DNA of 64,000 bases from Tubiluchus corallicola (Eukaryota > Animalia > Priapulida): positions 1 to 64,000 of the forward strand of contig JAQGDQ010000098.1 of the NCBI GenBank assembly GCA_030141605.1, in the 5' to 3' direction. Below, one piece after another: positions 1-15,100 of the stretch (its first letter is position 1; every line of letters begins with the position of its first letter). A program made the translations under genes and the position numbers. A model generated the notes under the pieces. It made no database searches. It saw only the letters and a list, made by a program, of their open reading frames with translations, and had not been told where the DNA came from.

Positions 1-976
1 CTGATGGGGAATGTACAAAGCACTTTAACACATTTTAAAGTTGAACTGTTGTGCTTTACAGTACTGTAGAGTTTCGTGGGTATTTTGGAAAAAAGTTCAA
101 AGAGTTTTTTATGACATGAGTGAATGAGACATCAGAGGTCATTTGAAGGTTTCAGAATAGGAACGAGACCTGCAAGTTCATTTTCAAGATTGTAATTCAT
201 TTGGGGAAGTTCACTTCGGCCAGCTCAATTCGGTTTGTTTCAGTTTTTCAATTTAATTTTATTGCGAAATGACAAAAAATTTATTATAGAAATATTCGGC
301 ACTGGCAAGAGTCTGTAAAAAACAATGAGGAATTCCAGCGGCAGTTGAAGGCGGAGACTCGTGTTCGGGGAGATTCATTGGAAAAGGGCGATAGTAATGA
401 CGCCATTGATCCTGCTAAAGAACAGAAACCAGAATTGGAGGTAGAAGACGAGGGTACCAAGGAAGACTCGCAAAAAGAGTTGCGAATAACGGACCACACC
501 GAGTGCAAGTTCAGTATCAGTTCTTGCAAAATGCTGTTCGTTGTCAATTCAGAAAGCTACTTGTACAAGCGCAATGCACTTTCCAAAGCACATCAGGTAA
601 CTGTTGTTCAATTTCTTTATTACATGTTTAATTGGCATGTGCAATGTATGCAATTCTTTTTTAACAAGTGGGTTACGATCTTATATTTTGATGCCGTGGT
701 TATTGCTTGCACAGAATTTAGTGTTTGGTCTATATTAAATGCTTTCAGTAGCAAGGAAGTCTGCGCTAGTTGAAATATGATTGAATAAATCGCAATCTTT
801 AAGGAACATTAATATTTTCTTCATTTTACTGCTGAGCAATTATCTTTCATTTTTTTACTCTTTTTAGAGACGGGCTAAATAAATAATTTCTCATTTACTT
901 AGCTATTCTGCTGCAGTTCTGTGCTGTCTAATTGTTAAATCACATTGTGTTTTCCAGTATTTATAATTTTCCTTTT
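1..976 (+). repeat. Inverted duplication, arm 1: copy of SIN3A intron/penultimate exon/last intron (partner 6457-7432); continues beyond the left window edge
   Basis: Base-by-base comparison: position n pairs with 7433-n with no indels; 5 substitutions (286, 373, 703, 805, 814). ORF-track entries 345..773(+) and 6660..7088(-) are near-identical. Confidence 0.98.
290..596 (+). pseudogene. Duplicated SIN3A penultimate exon (307 nt, phase 2 in, phase 0 out) with intact acceptor (TATAG) and donor (GTAACT)
   Basis: Reads [15 protein letters not shown]...[33 protein letters not shown], identical to SIN3A exon 7143-6837 except G>D at nt 373. Whether it is spliced is unknown. Confidence 0.85.
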
Positions 977-1221
977 TCATTCCAGTTTCACAAAAAGTGT
1001 TGCAAGGGGAAAACATCAAAACACAGATTTTAATAATTCAAATCAATCATTTGTTAAGCTTCATTTTGCTTTTAACAGCTTTTAAAAACAATCAATGACA
1101 ATCAGTTTAACTATGGATGATTATTATGCAGCGCTTCATATTACTGACTGATTTGCAATATTTTGAATCTAGTTCACTTCTAGTGGCATTCGTTTTAAAG
1201 TGAGTTGATTTCTCTTTTTAG

Positions 1222-3421
<2,200 letters not shown>

Positions 3422-3491
3422 AAATACTTTTTACTAGTGCATTTTTTATGTTCGTGTTATAATTTTTGATAAATTTCGTACACTCTGTAAA

Positions 3492-3710
3492 TAAGATCTG
3501 GCACTTATTGGTAGTGACACGACTGTACTTAACTCACCATGGATAATTCTCTTAAGATAAGGCACCAAACTGACCTAGGTGTCTTACTTACGTTTGGATA
3601 TAATCTTCTTAAGATGAGGCACCAAACTGGCAAAGGTGTCTTACCTACGTTCAGATGTAATGCCTCTTAAGATGAGGCACTGAACTGAACAGAACCTATG
3701 TTCTGGATGT
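3492..3710 (+). repeat. Tandem array of 3-4 degenerate ~58-bp units in the MESD 3' UTR
   Basis: cttaagat(a/g)aggcac recurs at 3551, 3608 and 3666, with a weaker copy (taagatctggcac) at 3492. It lies between the stop codon (3421) and the first AATAAA (3849). Confidence 0.85.
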
Positions 3711-5071
3711 ATATACATTTTCTTGCAACATAAGAATTATGTGGGGGCAGTATGACAGGTGAAATGTCCTAGAAGCCATCTTCCACACAGTCACCTTACA
3801 TTTATCAATCAAGCTTTGTACTGCCTAACTTCTTAGGTAAGTGCTCTTAATAAATATTACCGTATTCCTCTGCCATGTGTTACAATCTAAAGTGTCGACT
3901 AAACAGTTTTTGTTTACCATTGTGCCTTCATGGCTAGTTGCAAGGTAGAAATCATGTTTGCAATTTTGTTTTTATTGGAGTTCAACTTTCCAAAACTAGG
4001 GTGATTCATTTATTTCAAGCAACCTAAATTATTTTAAGTTTTAACTTGGTAGTATAAACATTGAATTTTGTATTATCAACATTTGTCTATTCTATGGGTA
4101 GAATAAACAGCAGTAATTAGTGCTTTTTGTTATTGACCGATTATCGACAAGCTCAGCTTCATTTGTTGAGCTTAGAAACTGTGGTGAGTCACAATTCCAC
4201 TCATTCTTGTGAGCTTCGTTCAAGTCACATGGAAGCATTGTTCAGCCTGTACCATTTTCGAGTTTCAGTACCAATGCTGGCTCTAGCAGTGACATATGTT
4301 ACTAGAAATTGAATTCAATTTCAAATTGGATGTATGTATGTATTCATTGTCAGTATTGCTAAATCGTTTTATTTATTACATGACCGTGTTTAGACAAGGA
4401 CTGCAAAGTACAGAGATCTGTTAAGATAAGAACAGCAAATCTGCCAATGGTGCTATTGCTTGTAGTTCAAGCTCTGCTAGTCCATCATGTGTGTGCATGT
4501 GAACAATTGAAATTTTTGTTCATGCCGAGAATCCCAATTCATGTGAAGCAAGCTTAAGTAGTCATGCGATCATTATTACATCAAGTGTTTTTGGGCAAGT
4601 AGTCTTGATTGTTCATGCATGTAAGCTGTCTGTAATTTCATTGAACTTTTTTTGTTTGGTGTCTGAGAAATGTAAAAGAATCAACAAAATATTATGGCAC
4701 AATTGCATCCGCAGGTGTCCCTGACGACGACAACTAATGACAAGACTGGCTCTTTTTGAGTCACGTTTCACTTATAGGTATCAAGAAGAATTCGTGACTG
4801 TATTGAACATTCATAGTTTAGCAAGTGTTTTCCCGAAACAAAAGATATTGTTGTGAATATTTCATTAACTTTTGTACACTGATGCACAACCTTTTGTTTT
4901 TATTACAGAATTAATTTTTGCAAGAAAGACAAAAAATAATTATTAGTGGTTATACATGTACATAGTTCCACTATCTTGAATCTTTGTTTTTGTTAGTGAC
5001 TACAGCCTTTGTTTTGTTACAGCCGTAGGAAACTGTGAAAGATAATTAAACCGAAGAAAATTATATTTTGA

Positions 5072-5227
5072 AATAAAAATCAACTGTTTATATACAACAA
5101 ATTTGCATCTTTTCATTGTGACATTACTACATAATTATTATTATCTACAAAAAGGTGACCTTCCTTGTTCTCGTACGTTGCCTTTTTACTGTTAGGAATA
5201 GGTACGCAATAGCGTTCATGGTTTATT
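5072..5227. terminator. Candidate convergent polyadenylation signals: MESD AATAAA at 5072 (+) and SIN3A AATAAA at 5227-5222 (-)
   Basis: Hexamers seen in sequence between two convergent stop codons. Other AATAAA copies exist (e.g. 3849), so actual usage is unknown. Confidence 0.4.
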
Positions 5228-6194
5228 TAGGCTAAAAAATGCTACATTGCAATATGTGCAATAGGTAACCTACATGCTGTATTTCAGAACATAGTAAACT
5301 AACCACCATAATTTTATTATGGTTTAAGTTAACGTACATGTCATAAGAAAGGCCACATTTAAATAGAAAAGTCACAATGTTTCATAAATGTACAGTACTC
5401 ACAAGGCCACATATTCTTGATTCAATGAACAGCAAATCGCTAAACTTTATAAGTTACTTTGTACACAAAAACATCATTTATAAAAGTAGAATTTCTACCC
5501 GAAGAATATGTAACCTGAAGACATACTGACTGTGGCACATGTACAATACAAATATAATACACTTCTATTCCATCTACACGTATAATTAATATGTATAACC
5601 TACATGTATAAATTAAGCATAAGCAAATGGCACTTGCTGTCATACACGTTAGCGTCTTAATAACATTCACATATACATATGTATAACACAAAAATTTTAG
5701 TCGCTCTTGAATACTGACAATAGTTGTGAAGCTTTAATAAAATATTTTACAATACCCACACTAAGGTACTAAGAAATTACCAATCTGTCCCATACTAAAA
5801 AAGCTGTTCTGCAAAATTGCTAACTACTTGCCCAACTCAGTTGTAAACCACTACAGGGTCAGCATTTTATTAAATGACTGTGGTAAATATCCATAAGACT
5901 GTTTATTTCAAAATAAATTTTTTTTACATGATTAACTATACTAAGTAGTTAAAGTCCTACTCCCCAAAAATTCCGTGGCATTAAGAAAAGTTTACAGATT
6001 ACAATTACTCAAGAACGTTCACACTTTTTTCAAGGACGTCAATGTACTCTAATAGTTAGCAAGTCTTGCAGCACACATATAGACAAAGCTGCTGTCACGT
6101 CTTCGTAGTTTTCAACAAATAAGTAAAACTTTGCCGTACACAACTTTTTACAAGCTCTAATTTACAGATATACACGTAAATACAAATGCTCGAA

Positions 6195-9100
6195 TTAAGA
6201 GGGAGGCGAGGTGAGCACGTGCGGCGATGACTGTGACATTTCCACACAGTATCGATTGTAAGGATGAAATGGCACTACCGATTGGTTGTTTTTACAGCAT
6301 AAGACTGTTTTGCCTTTCAAGCTCTCGCTCTTTCCAAGAAGCCAGTCCTGCGTCACATCGCTGACTTCACTGCTCACATTAATGTCTAGCCAGGCTGAGT
6401 GCCATTTTGTAAAATTCTTATAAAGCTTCGATGACACTTTTTTGTGCGACTGAAAGAAAAGGAAAATTATAAATACTGGAAAACACAATGTGATTTAACA
6501 ATTAGACAGCACAGAACTGCAGCAGAATAGCTAAGTAAATGAGAAATTATTTATTTAGCCCGTCTCTAAAAAGAGTAAAAAAATGAAAGATAATTGCTCA
6601 GCAGTAAAATGAAGAAAACATTAATGTCCCTTAAAGATTGCGATTTATTCAATCATATTTCAACTAGCGCAGACTTCCTTGCTACTGAAAGCATTTAATA
6701 TAGACCAAACACTAAATTCTGTGCAAGCATTAACCACGGCATCAAAATATAAGATCGTAACCCACTTGTTAAAAAAGAATTGCATACATTGCACATGCCA
6801 ATTAAACATGTAATAAAGAAATTGAACAACAGTTACCTGATGTGCTTTGGAAAGTGCATTGCGCTTGTACAAGTAGCTTTCTGAATTGACAACGAACAGC
6901 ATTTTGCAAGAACTGATACTGAACTTGCACTCGGTGTGGTCCGTTATTCGCAACTCTTTTTGCGAGTCTTCCTTGGTACCCTCGTCTTCTACCTCCAATT
7001 CTGGTTTCTGTTCTTTAGCAGGATCAATGGCGTCATTACTATCGCCCTTTTCCAATGAACCTCCCCGAACACGAGTCTCCGCCTTCAACTGCCGCTGGAA
7101 TTCCTCATTGTTTTTTACAGACTCTTGCCAGTGCCGAATATTTCTACAATAAATTTTTTGTCATTTCGCAATAAAATTAAATTGAAAAACTGAAACAAAC
7201 CGAATTGAGCTGGCCGAAGTGAACTTCCCCAAATGAATTACAATCTTGAAAATGAACTTGCAGGTCTCGTTCCTATTCTGAAACCTTCAAATGACCTCTG
7301 ATGTCTCATTCACTCATGTCATAAAAAACTCTTTGAACTTTTTTCCAAAATACCCACGAAACTCTACAGTACTGTAAAGCACAACAGTTCAACTTTAAAA
7401 TGTGTTAAAGTGCTTTGTACATTCCCCATCAGATGCCACAACTGTGAAAATGAGACTAAAATACTTCATACCAGTTGAAATGAGACTCTCACCATACCCT
7501 TGGTGGCAACAATTTGATAAATGAGTGACAAACAGCAAAGCAAGAATGATTATATCAAATAAAATAAACACATGCAATTATCTTTACAGTTTATTCGCAA
7601 GCAAACTGTTAGAAAAACAACAAAATGTGATATTAGACAAAAAGAAATTTACTCGCAGGTTCTACATCTTTTTCATTAAAACAAAAACAAAAAGCCCAAA
7701 AAAGTGTTATGTACAAATTTTTATCTTGAAAGTGAAATTTCAGGAAATGTGCATGTAGGTTAACTGCATGTGACTAAAAGGTGATAAAAGTATTCTATCA
7801 AAACTTCTTAGTAACAACTGTGGCACCATCAAAGATATGAATTTTATCACTTTTTGCGCTAATACCAGCTACTCTTACCTTGGTAAAAAGACAGGTTTCT
7901 TGGCAAGCAAGTCTCGCAGTTCATCTGAGATTGTATCTCCATTGCATACGTACTTTTCAACATATTCTGACCATTTCTCTACTTCTACTGCATCATCTGA
8001 TGCCACGGTGTCGGTATCTAACAGTTCAATTGTCATCTTACCTTCATTCTTGTACTAAAAATTCAGAATAGTAAATGGAAGTGGGCTATGTGCAAATGCT
8101 AAGAAAGGGAAAATGCTTGATAACTACAACCTGATATAACTTCAGCAAATTAAGTGACATCAAAGTAAGTTTACCCCCATCAAAACTGGACTGTATTAAA
8201 AACTAGCATCAATGACAGCAAACTTAATGTAATAATGGCTTTTAGTTCAGGTAGAGCACCAGCACAGATAATTGGCGAAAATCTTTTAAAGATACTTTGA
8301 CCCACATTCTCGTAACATTTCCACAGAAATTCTGCCACATAATTAATTAACTAATTTCATCAGCCAACTAAAGATGGTACCAGATGATACCGAGATGTTT
8401 ATATTTTGCTTTTTCAAACTTTCAATAAAGTGATGTTACTCTCAATGGCCCCTCTTACTACTGTTTTTCTTCTGCGATTAAGCTTTCCAAATTAGAGTAT
8501 AATGAACTGTTAATCATTAACTAATTAATTGTTAATAATTAACACATTCTTATAAATGCGGGTATTTGATGTGCTTAAACTTACCACAGATATTTTGAAA
8601 CAATTCTCGTCTGCAAGTGCTTGCTCGGCTTTCTTTTGGTAGGCAAGCTCTTGTGTTGCTCTCTGATGCTGTGTACAGAGATAACCGCCTGTTGCATTGA
8701 ACTTCCGCTCAGAAAGAAACATTTCCGTCATTTGGGAGCAAATGTCATCAGTCACTATATGCTGCAACTGTTAAAAGTACAAATTTTCATTTTTTATATA
8801 GTTAAACACTCTGTAAGCACTTAATGTGGTATATTTAGAACTTAATATGCAGCTTAATAACGTTGACAATTGTTGCAAAAGTAGGATTTACTTCACTCTC
8901 ACGAATAAATCTTTGAGGTGAGACATTGAACCAACAGAGGCTTCTGACCTCGTTCAGACGTATGTACAATGCGCATCCTTCCACAAAGACAGTATGGCAG
9001 ATAACCAATCAGCAGTTTTTGAATAAGTTAGTAACCTGGCCCAGTGCTGCTTATTGTTTAACTGTGCAGCCAAGTAAAAATCATGACAATTTAATTGAAA

Positions 9101-12100
9101 AAATCATCACAGAAAGGTGTGTTTTTGTCACGTTTGAAAAGCTTTTAAATACATCAATTTTCTTTTAACTACTGCTTAGCTAAAGATTTGAGCTTCCTGG
9201 GTTATCAAGTAAGATCAAGCAAGTAGAAGGACCAAGTTACGGACCGAGCAAATTTACGATCAGTTGGACAAACATTAACATCCAACCCCGTAAGAGTTTT
9301 ACCTAAGAGTTGTATCTTCACAGGCAATTTTAACAACAAAACAAGGCCATTTTTGTATGACTCACCTGGCGAACAGTATTCTGTACAATTTTATCAGATG
9401 TAAATGCCGCAAATGCGTGAATGCCATACATTTCTCGCAATTGATCTTCGAAGGAAGTGGGATCGATATTGCCATCTAACAAATTCCGGACCATTTCTAA
9501 GTATGTAGCATAGTAGTCCTCTACACGTATGTCACCTACAAAATGTAAAACTTTATGACTCTCACTCCACTACAGACATATTTAGACGAGTAGTTATGAA
9601 GTAAAATTGATTTGAAAATCACCAAAGCAACTGTTTTATGTAACAAAGTGTGTGTGTCAAGTGTGACAAAAATGAATGGTAGGTCAACCACCACACAATC
9701 ACCAACAACCACCAGATTCCAAACGTGGTCTGAAGATTTCAGCCTAACTTGATCATGCTAAGTCGTGATTGTTAGGCTTAAAAGACATAGGGACGAGCTG
9801 CTGTAAATAAAACTTAATACAGAATTGCCAGCTATCAAAAAAAAACCCTCACATAACTTTATACAGTTGGTTGAAAATTTAATTTTTGGCTCACATCTGC
9901 CTTGCCACTCGGAACACTGACTGTCTTCAAACATTTTGCAATACAAACTGCACTACGGTATTTGAAAAAATACGTACTTGGAACTCGAAGCCGCAATGCC
10001 ATTGCAGTAGATTCTTTGCGATCCTTCTTATACTGTTTTTCTTCCTCGATATACGACAAGGAACGCTGATACATTTTGTTAAGTCTATCACACAGTATCT
10101 GATGTAACCGGAAAAACAGATACCAATTGTTGTTTCCCATGAACATAGTGTACATCTCATCCTGGCAACACAAAATATTGAAAATACTTTATTTATATAA
10201 ATGAAATGGTAATTGGCAGTACCAAATTTTAGTTGGGTGACATTTGATACTTACAATATCAAAAAGGGTTACCTTACGTGGCATAGTCGATGACACTGAA
10301 TGTATTGTTTAAAGAAAATGCTCAATTACAAAAACTATAAAAACTTAGAAATAACTTATTGTACCACATGGGAGGAAACTTTTTATAGATGATATACTTT
10401 GGTGAAAGGTCAAAACTGTATAGACATTTCAGTAAACAAACCTTAGAGCTAGTCAGAATGACTTTACATAGAAAAAACTTGCTTCTAAACCAAGCCACTA
10501 TCTGGTAAGGCCCTCGACATCTAATAAATTACAAATGAACGGTGATACCACTATTGCTCTGTACTCTGTACTCTTATCTATTATGAGGGCAGCATTTGGG
10601 CACAGGAAAATGTAGTCGCTGAAAGCATAATCCTCTAAAGAGGTTCAGCATAAAAAATCTGTACACCACAGGAAAATCAACACTTCGTTAAATGTCGGAC
10701 TTCTCTAACAAAGGACTGCAACCTTTTCTCCGTCACGCAGTCAATGAATTAGAAGTATTAGCAGCAACAAAGTGAAAGGGTTAAGTGGTATTTTAAACAC
10801 GGATGAGTTTAGAGGCAATCTTTTTTATTCTGTACGACAACTTGCAAGATACAATTTCAAAGCTCATAAGTATTGTTAGTGAAAAGCCTCTTTTTGTCAA
10901 AAAAATGAAAAATTCGGTTACACTTACATCCCCCTCTAGCACGTCCGCCCGAGATTTACTCGTATCTGTGGATTCGGACTCATTTTCACTTAAAATACCA
11001 TTTACAAGACTTTTCTCTTTTTCTGTCCGTCTCCCCTCTCGCCGCACCCCATTTGATCGCGTTACCATTCTCCCGCTGTTGCGGTTTTCGTCAACTTCCT
11101 CTTTTGTAGACTTCTCGTCATCTAAACAAACATGCAGACCAACTTGTAAGCGCAAACACTAAATGAGAAAAAAGCCATCACTGTGGTGTTATTATTAACT
11201 TCGTCTGTAGTTACTTGGCTTAACTGTGCAGTCCCCGAGTACTCATCGTAACTGCCGTGCCACTACGGATTTCTGTACATAACTGCCTAGACCGTATAGT
11301 GGTACAATTCACGTAAAAAAGTGTATGTGAGAATTTGCTCTGGCCCATTTATTTAGTGGCACTTGGAAACTTCATTTCGAACTTGCAAATTTGCTGAAAC
11401 AACAGAATTAATAAAAGGGAAAGGTAAACTATTTAACTAGATTCTTAAGCAACTATTCAATTTTGTCTTTAGTACAAATGTTGTAACAATGCTGTCTAGT
11501 TAAGTTATTTGGCTGTGTGCAGAAACTACTGAATTTAATTCAGTCTCTAAGAATTATATATGATTATGCTAAAATATAAATGAATAAGTCGAAAAACTAA
11601 GAACCATTTTGCGTAACGAACTTTTGCACAATTGTTACGGTCCAGTAAGCTCAACCCAAAAAACTACTTGGTAGCCATCACATTACAACAAACTGTGAAA
11701 TTAAACAAACACGTAGAATGTTTGCAAAAAGTTAAGACTTTTCTTTAAATATCAGCAGATTTACGAAAATTTGACAAAATGTAAACATTACTGAACATGA
11801 ACTCATGTGGAACTAGTTATGGAACATTAACTGATTATGCTATTAACTGATGATAATAATTGATAGTATTATCAACTTACCTTCCTCTCTGTCCGCTTCA
11901 TCATCTGACAGCTCCCCTCGTGGCAGGTAAAACATATCAGGGATGGTGTGATAAAGCAGCTGTTTGATCTTTTGCTTATCTTCTTTGTGAATACCTGATG
12001 AATTAAACAAAGATTTAATGTCAAGTGACTGAAACACACAATTCTAATTTAGACATCTGTACTCGCTTTGAAAAAGTTTTACAATTTAAAAAAGTTTTGT

Positions 12101-15100
12101 GAAAGAAATTTCTATAGCAACGAAAAAGCTGGGGTACCATTTCGTGTTTGACATGCATTTCCGTTGTAATTCAGTATAATTACAATTTTGATAATTATAA
12201 AGATGATAATCAAAAAAGCTTAATTTAGAAAACAACAAAAATAAAGTCGCTGTGGCTTTTTGTGGTTGTCCTTTAACGACAGCTCTGAAAAACTGTTGCA
12301 AAAATTTAGCTAAATGCTCATTTAGAAAGCTGCTGTTGAGTCTTGTTATGGACAGTTCATCTGGGATGAGCTATAAGTGGAACGGTTTTTTATTAATTTG
12401 AAAAACTTACACTTGAAACAGTCTTAATCATAATTACAAGAGCCACTGGTCAAATGGGTTTGGCCATTCTCCTCACAGCCAATTTGGATCAGTCTTTATT
12501 CCACAATGACTCTGTTAACATGTTTTATTTAGAAAGCGGTACCCGGACCAACAAGAATTGAATTAGGCTATTTGGTCCTATGCAGTAAATATTACTCTGA
12601 AAGAATCTCAGAAAGTAATAGTACAGTTGTACCAGTAAAAGTCAGTAGCAGCAATAAGGATAAACCAAGTTGCTCCAGTACAGTACTGAAATTTATAATC
12701 AAATAGATGAAGCCTACATTCATGACAATACTTTTTGAATTGGCATATGCATAGTAAAGCTTCGCAACAAAGTCCTACGCAATTGTAAAAAAAACATCAG
12801 CAATAGTTGTAGAAGATATGCATATCGTTCTCCAGTTTACTGCTAGAAAAGTCGGCACTCCAATTTTGCAAAAATCTGCAGACCCGGATGGAAAACAGGC
12901 TGAGCATTTGAAGTATTCATCTTTATTGTTGCCGGTTGTTTTATCCTCATTATTTAACTTCTTATTTAGCTCGTTGTTTAATTCATTTCAATGATGTCTA
13001 TATCAATTCCTTTAGTGAAAGACAAAAACAAAGACGGGAGCAAACAACTACAGGCCAATTACACTAGCTTCTATTGCCAGCAAAGTCTTAGCAATTTGAC
13101 TACTGAATAGATACAAACAACATATTCCAACAACTTGGTAATTAGTTTAGTTATCAGAAAATTTTGGCACCAGAATTTGCATAAACACATTAATGGAGAT
13201 CAATGACTACTACAGTTATCGTGATAGCGCGTTCACATTGTATTCATCGATGCGTCAAAGGGATTCCATGGAGTTAATTTCATAAGACTTTTTCTTAAAC
13301 TCACGAATATTTTAATCCCGAATATTGTAACGCGCTAACATTCTATTACACTCAACAATGCACGTGTGTCATGTGGGGCGTAGTCAGTCTGCAGCTTTCA
13401 ATAATGGAAATGGGGTATGTCTCAAAGTGGCACGATGTCACTTTTCTTTCCATTTTTTTAAAAGATCTAAGTGTTAAGCGTTCATCTACCCAACTTGGTT
13501 GCAAAATCTCTAACATGATATGATATGGCTGCTGATTAGCAATAACGATTAATACCCTCCAGCAAGGAACAGAGGTACACAAATTGTATGCTAAAAAGTA
13601 TGACATAAAAATCAATGTAGAGAAAGCCAAGCTTATGTGTGTGTCTGTCAGTATACTCCAATATCAGGTGCCTATCAATAAATTCAAACAGTACAAGAAA
13701 TTCTACGTTTGGTAACATCAAACTGGATAATAATGTTCTTTCACCTGTGATAATGAAAAGTAACCAGGACACATTATTTCATTTGATAACCTAGATGGCT
13801 AGGACATTGTTAATAAAGAACCTTGTACTATTGCCGTGCAAATCAACTTATCAGAAAATTCAGCTACAGTTCTGTTGATGTTAAAAGATATCTATTTAGT
13901 GCTTATTGTAATATACCAAGGATTAGATGGTTACCTGCAGACATTTTAATAGCTATAATATCTTGAAGCTCAAAGTTGCATATATCTTTTTGATGTGTTA
14001 AAAAGATTATTTTTGGGCATACATGTGATTCAGTGCTCATGCAATCAGCATTGAAATTATCGTGATGCATTTTGATGTATTATACAGAAAATGCATATTA
14101 AGTTTAATAAAAAATTTGATTCTCAAGCAAATTTGATGTACCAGAAATTGTTTCATTAAATTTCATTAAGGATTTAATGTTTCAGCAACTGATGGTAAAT
14201 TTAAATAGCACACAAGGCAGCAATGGAGCAGATTATTGCAATTTTTGTACTTATGTACGTTTGCATAATTTGTTAGTCTTGATTTTTTATTTTTATACTG
14301 TTCCATGTTGTAAATATGTAAATTATAACATGAACTTAAGTTCAAAATAAATAATTAAATCAAATAAAAACAAAATCAGAATATGTGCAAGCTAAAAAAA
14401 TGCTTAAATAAATCATTTATACAAAAATATTACATAAGTTGCACACAGACAGACAAAATATTTTCTAGTACTAAAAGAATTTCTGCAAAGGACTGTATGT
14501 AACTTGAAATTAAATTTATGCACAACATATACTTGGGTAAATCTATCTTTACACTAATATATAGATATATAACTTACCAACCAAGATTGTTATTAGAAAT
14601 ACAAAAGACAAATCACAGTCCAGCAAATTTTTCAATTAAATAACAATGTTTGTCACAAAAGCTTAAGTCAAATGATATCGAGATTCTTGCTGGCAAAGCT
14701 AACTGAAAAAAGGATCTACTTACTGGTTTGCCTTTTCATATGGTGTATTATAAGAGAAGCTGCATCATCTAGTAAGGTTTTGTTATTGTACTTGAATGTC
14801 AAGTGAGGACCAGATGCACAAGTGTTTCCTCCCTCCTGCGCCTGTTCATTACGCTAAAATAAAAAAAGATGTTCACGAAAAGAACTGCAATAGGAGGCCA
14901 AGTTGCACGCATTTAGACAAAACAATACTTCCAGTCTGATTTTAAAAAAATTGAATAAAAAATAAAACAATTTTTTCTTGGACTTCGAAATTAAAAGGCT
15001 AAACACACACGCATGCATGCGCGCACACACACACACACACACTGCACAAAAGATGCACTCCAACAGTGACAAATTCTTTTTCCATACCTCATCGTACACA

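Noticed and set aside
345-773. 142-aa ORF (and its twin 6660..7088) as a stand-alone duplicated gene
   Set aside because: It starts at TTG and is a SIN3A exon running on into intron sequence after the donor at 597.
3551-3710. 3' UTR hairpins as SECIS elements (AUGA ... AAA) or as a CRISPR-like array
   Set aside because: Only 6 bp separate AUGA from AAA, there is no 3' GA quartet partner and no in-frame UGA in the MESD exons seen. The units are fully repeated with no unique spacers, and the context is eukaryotic.
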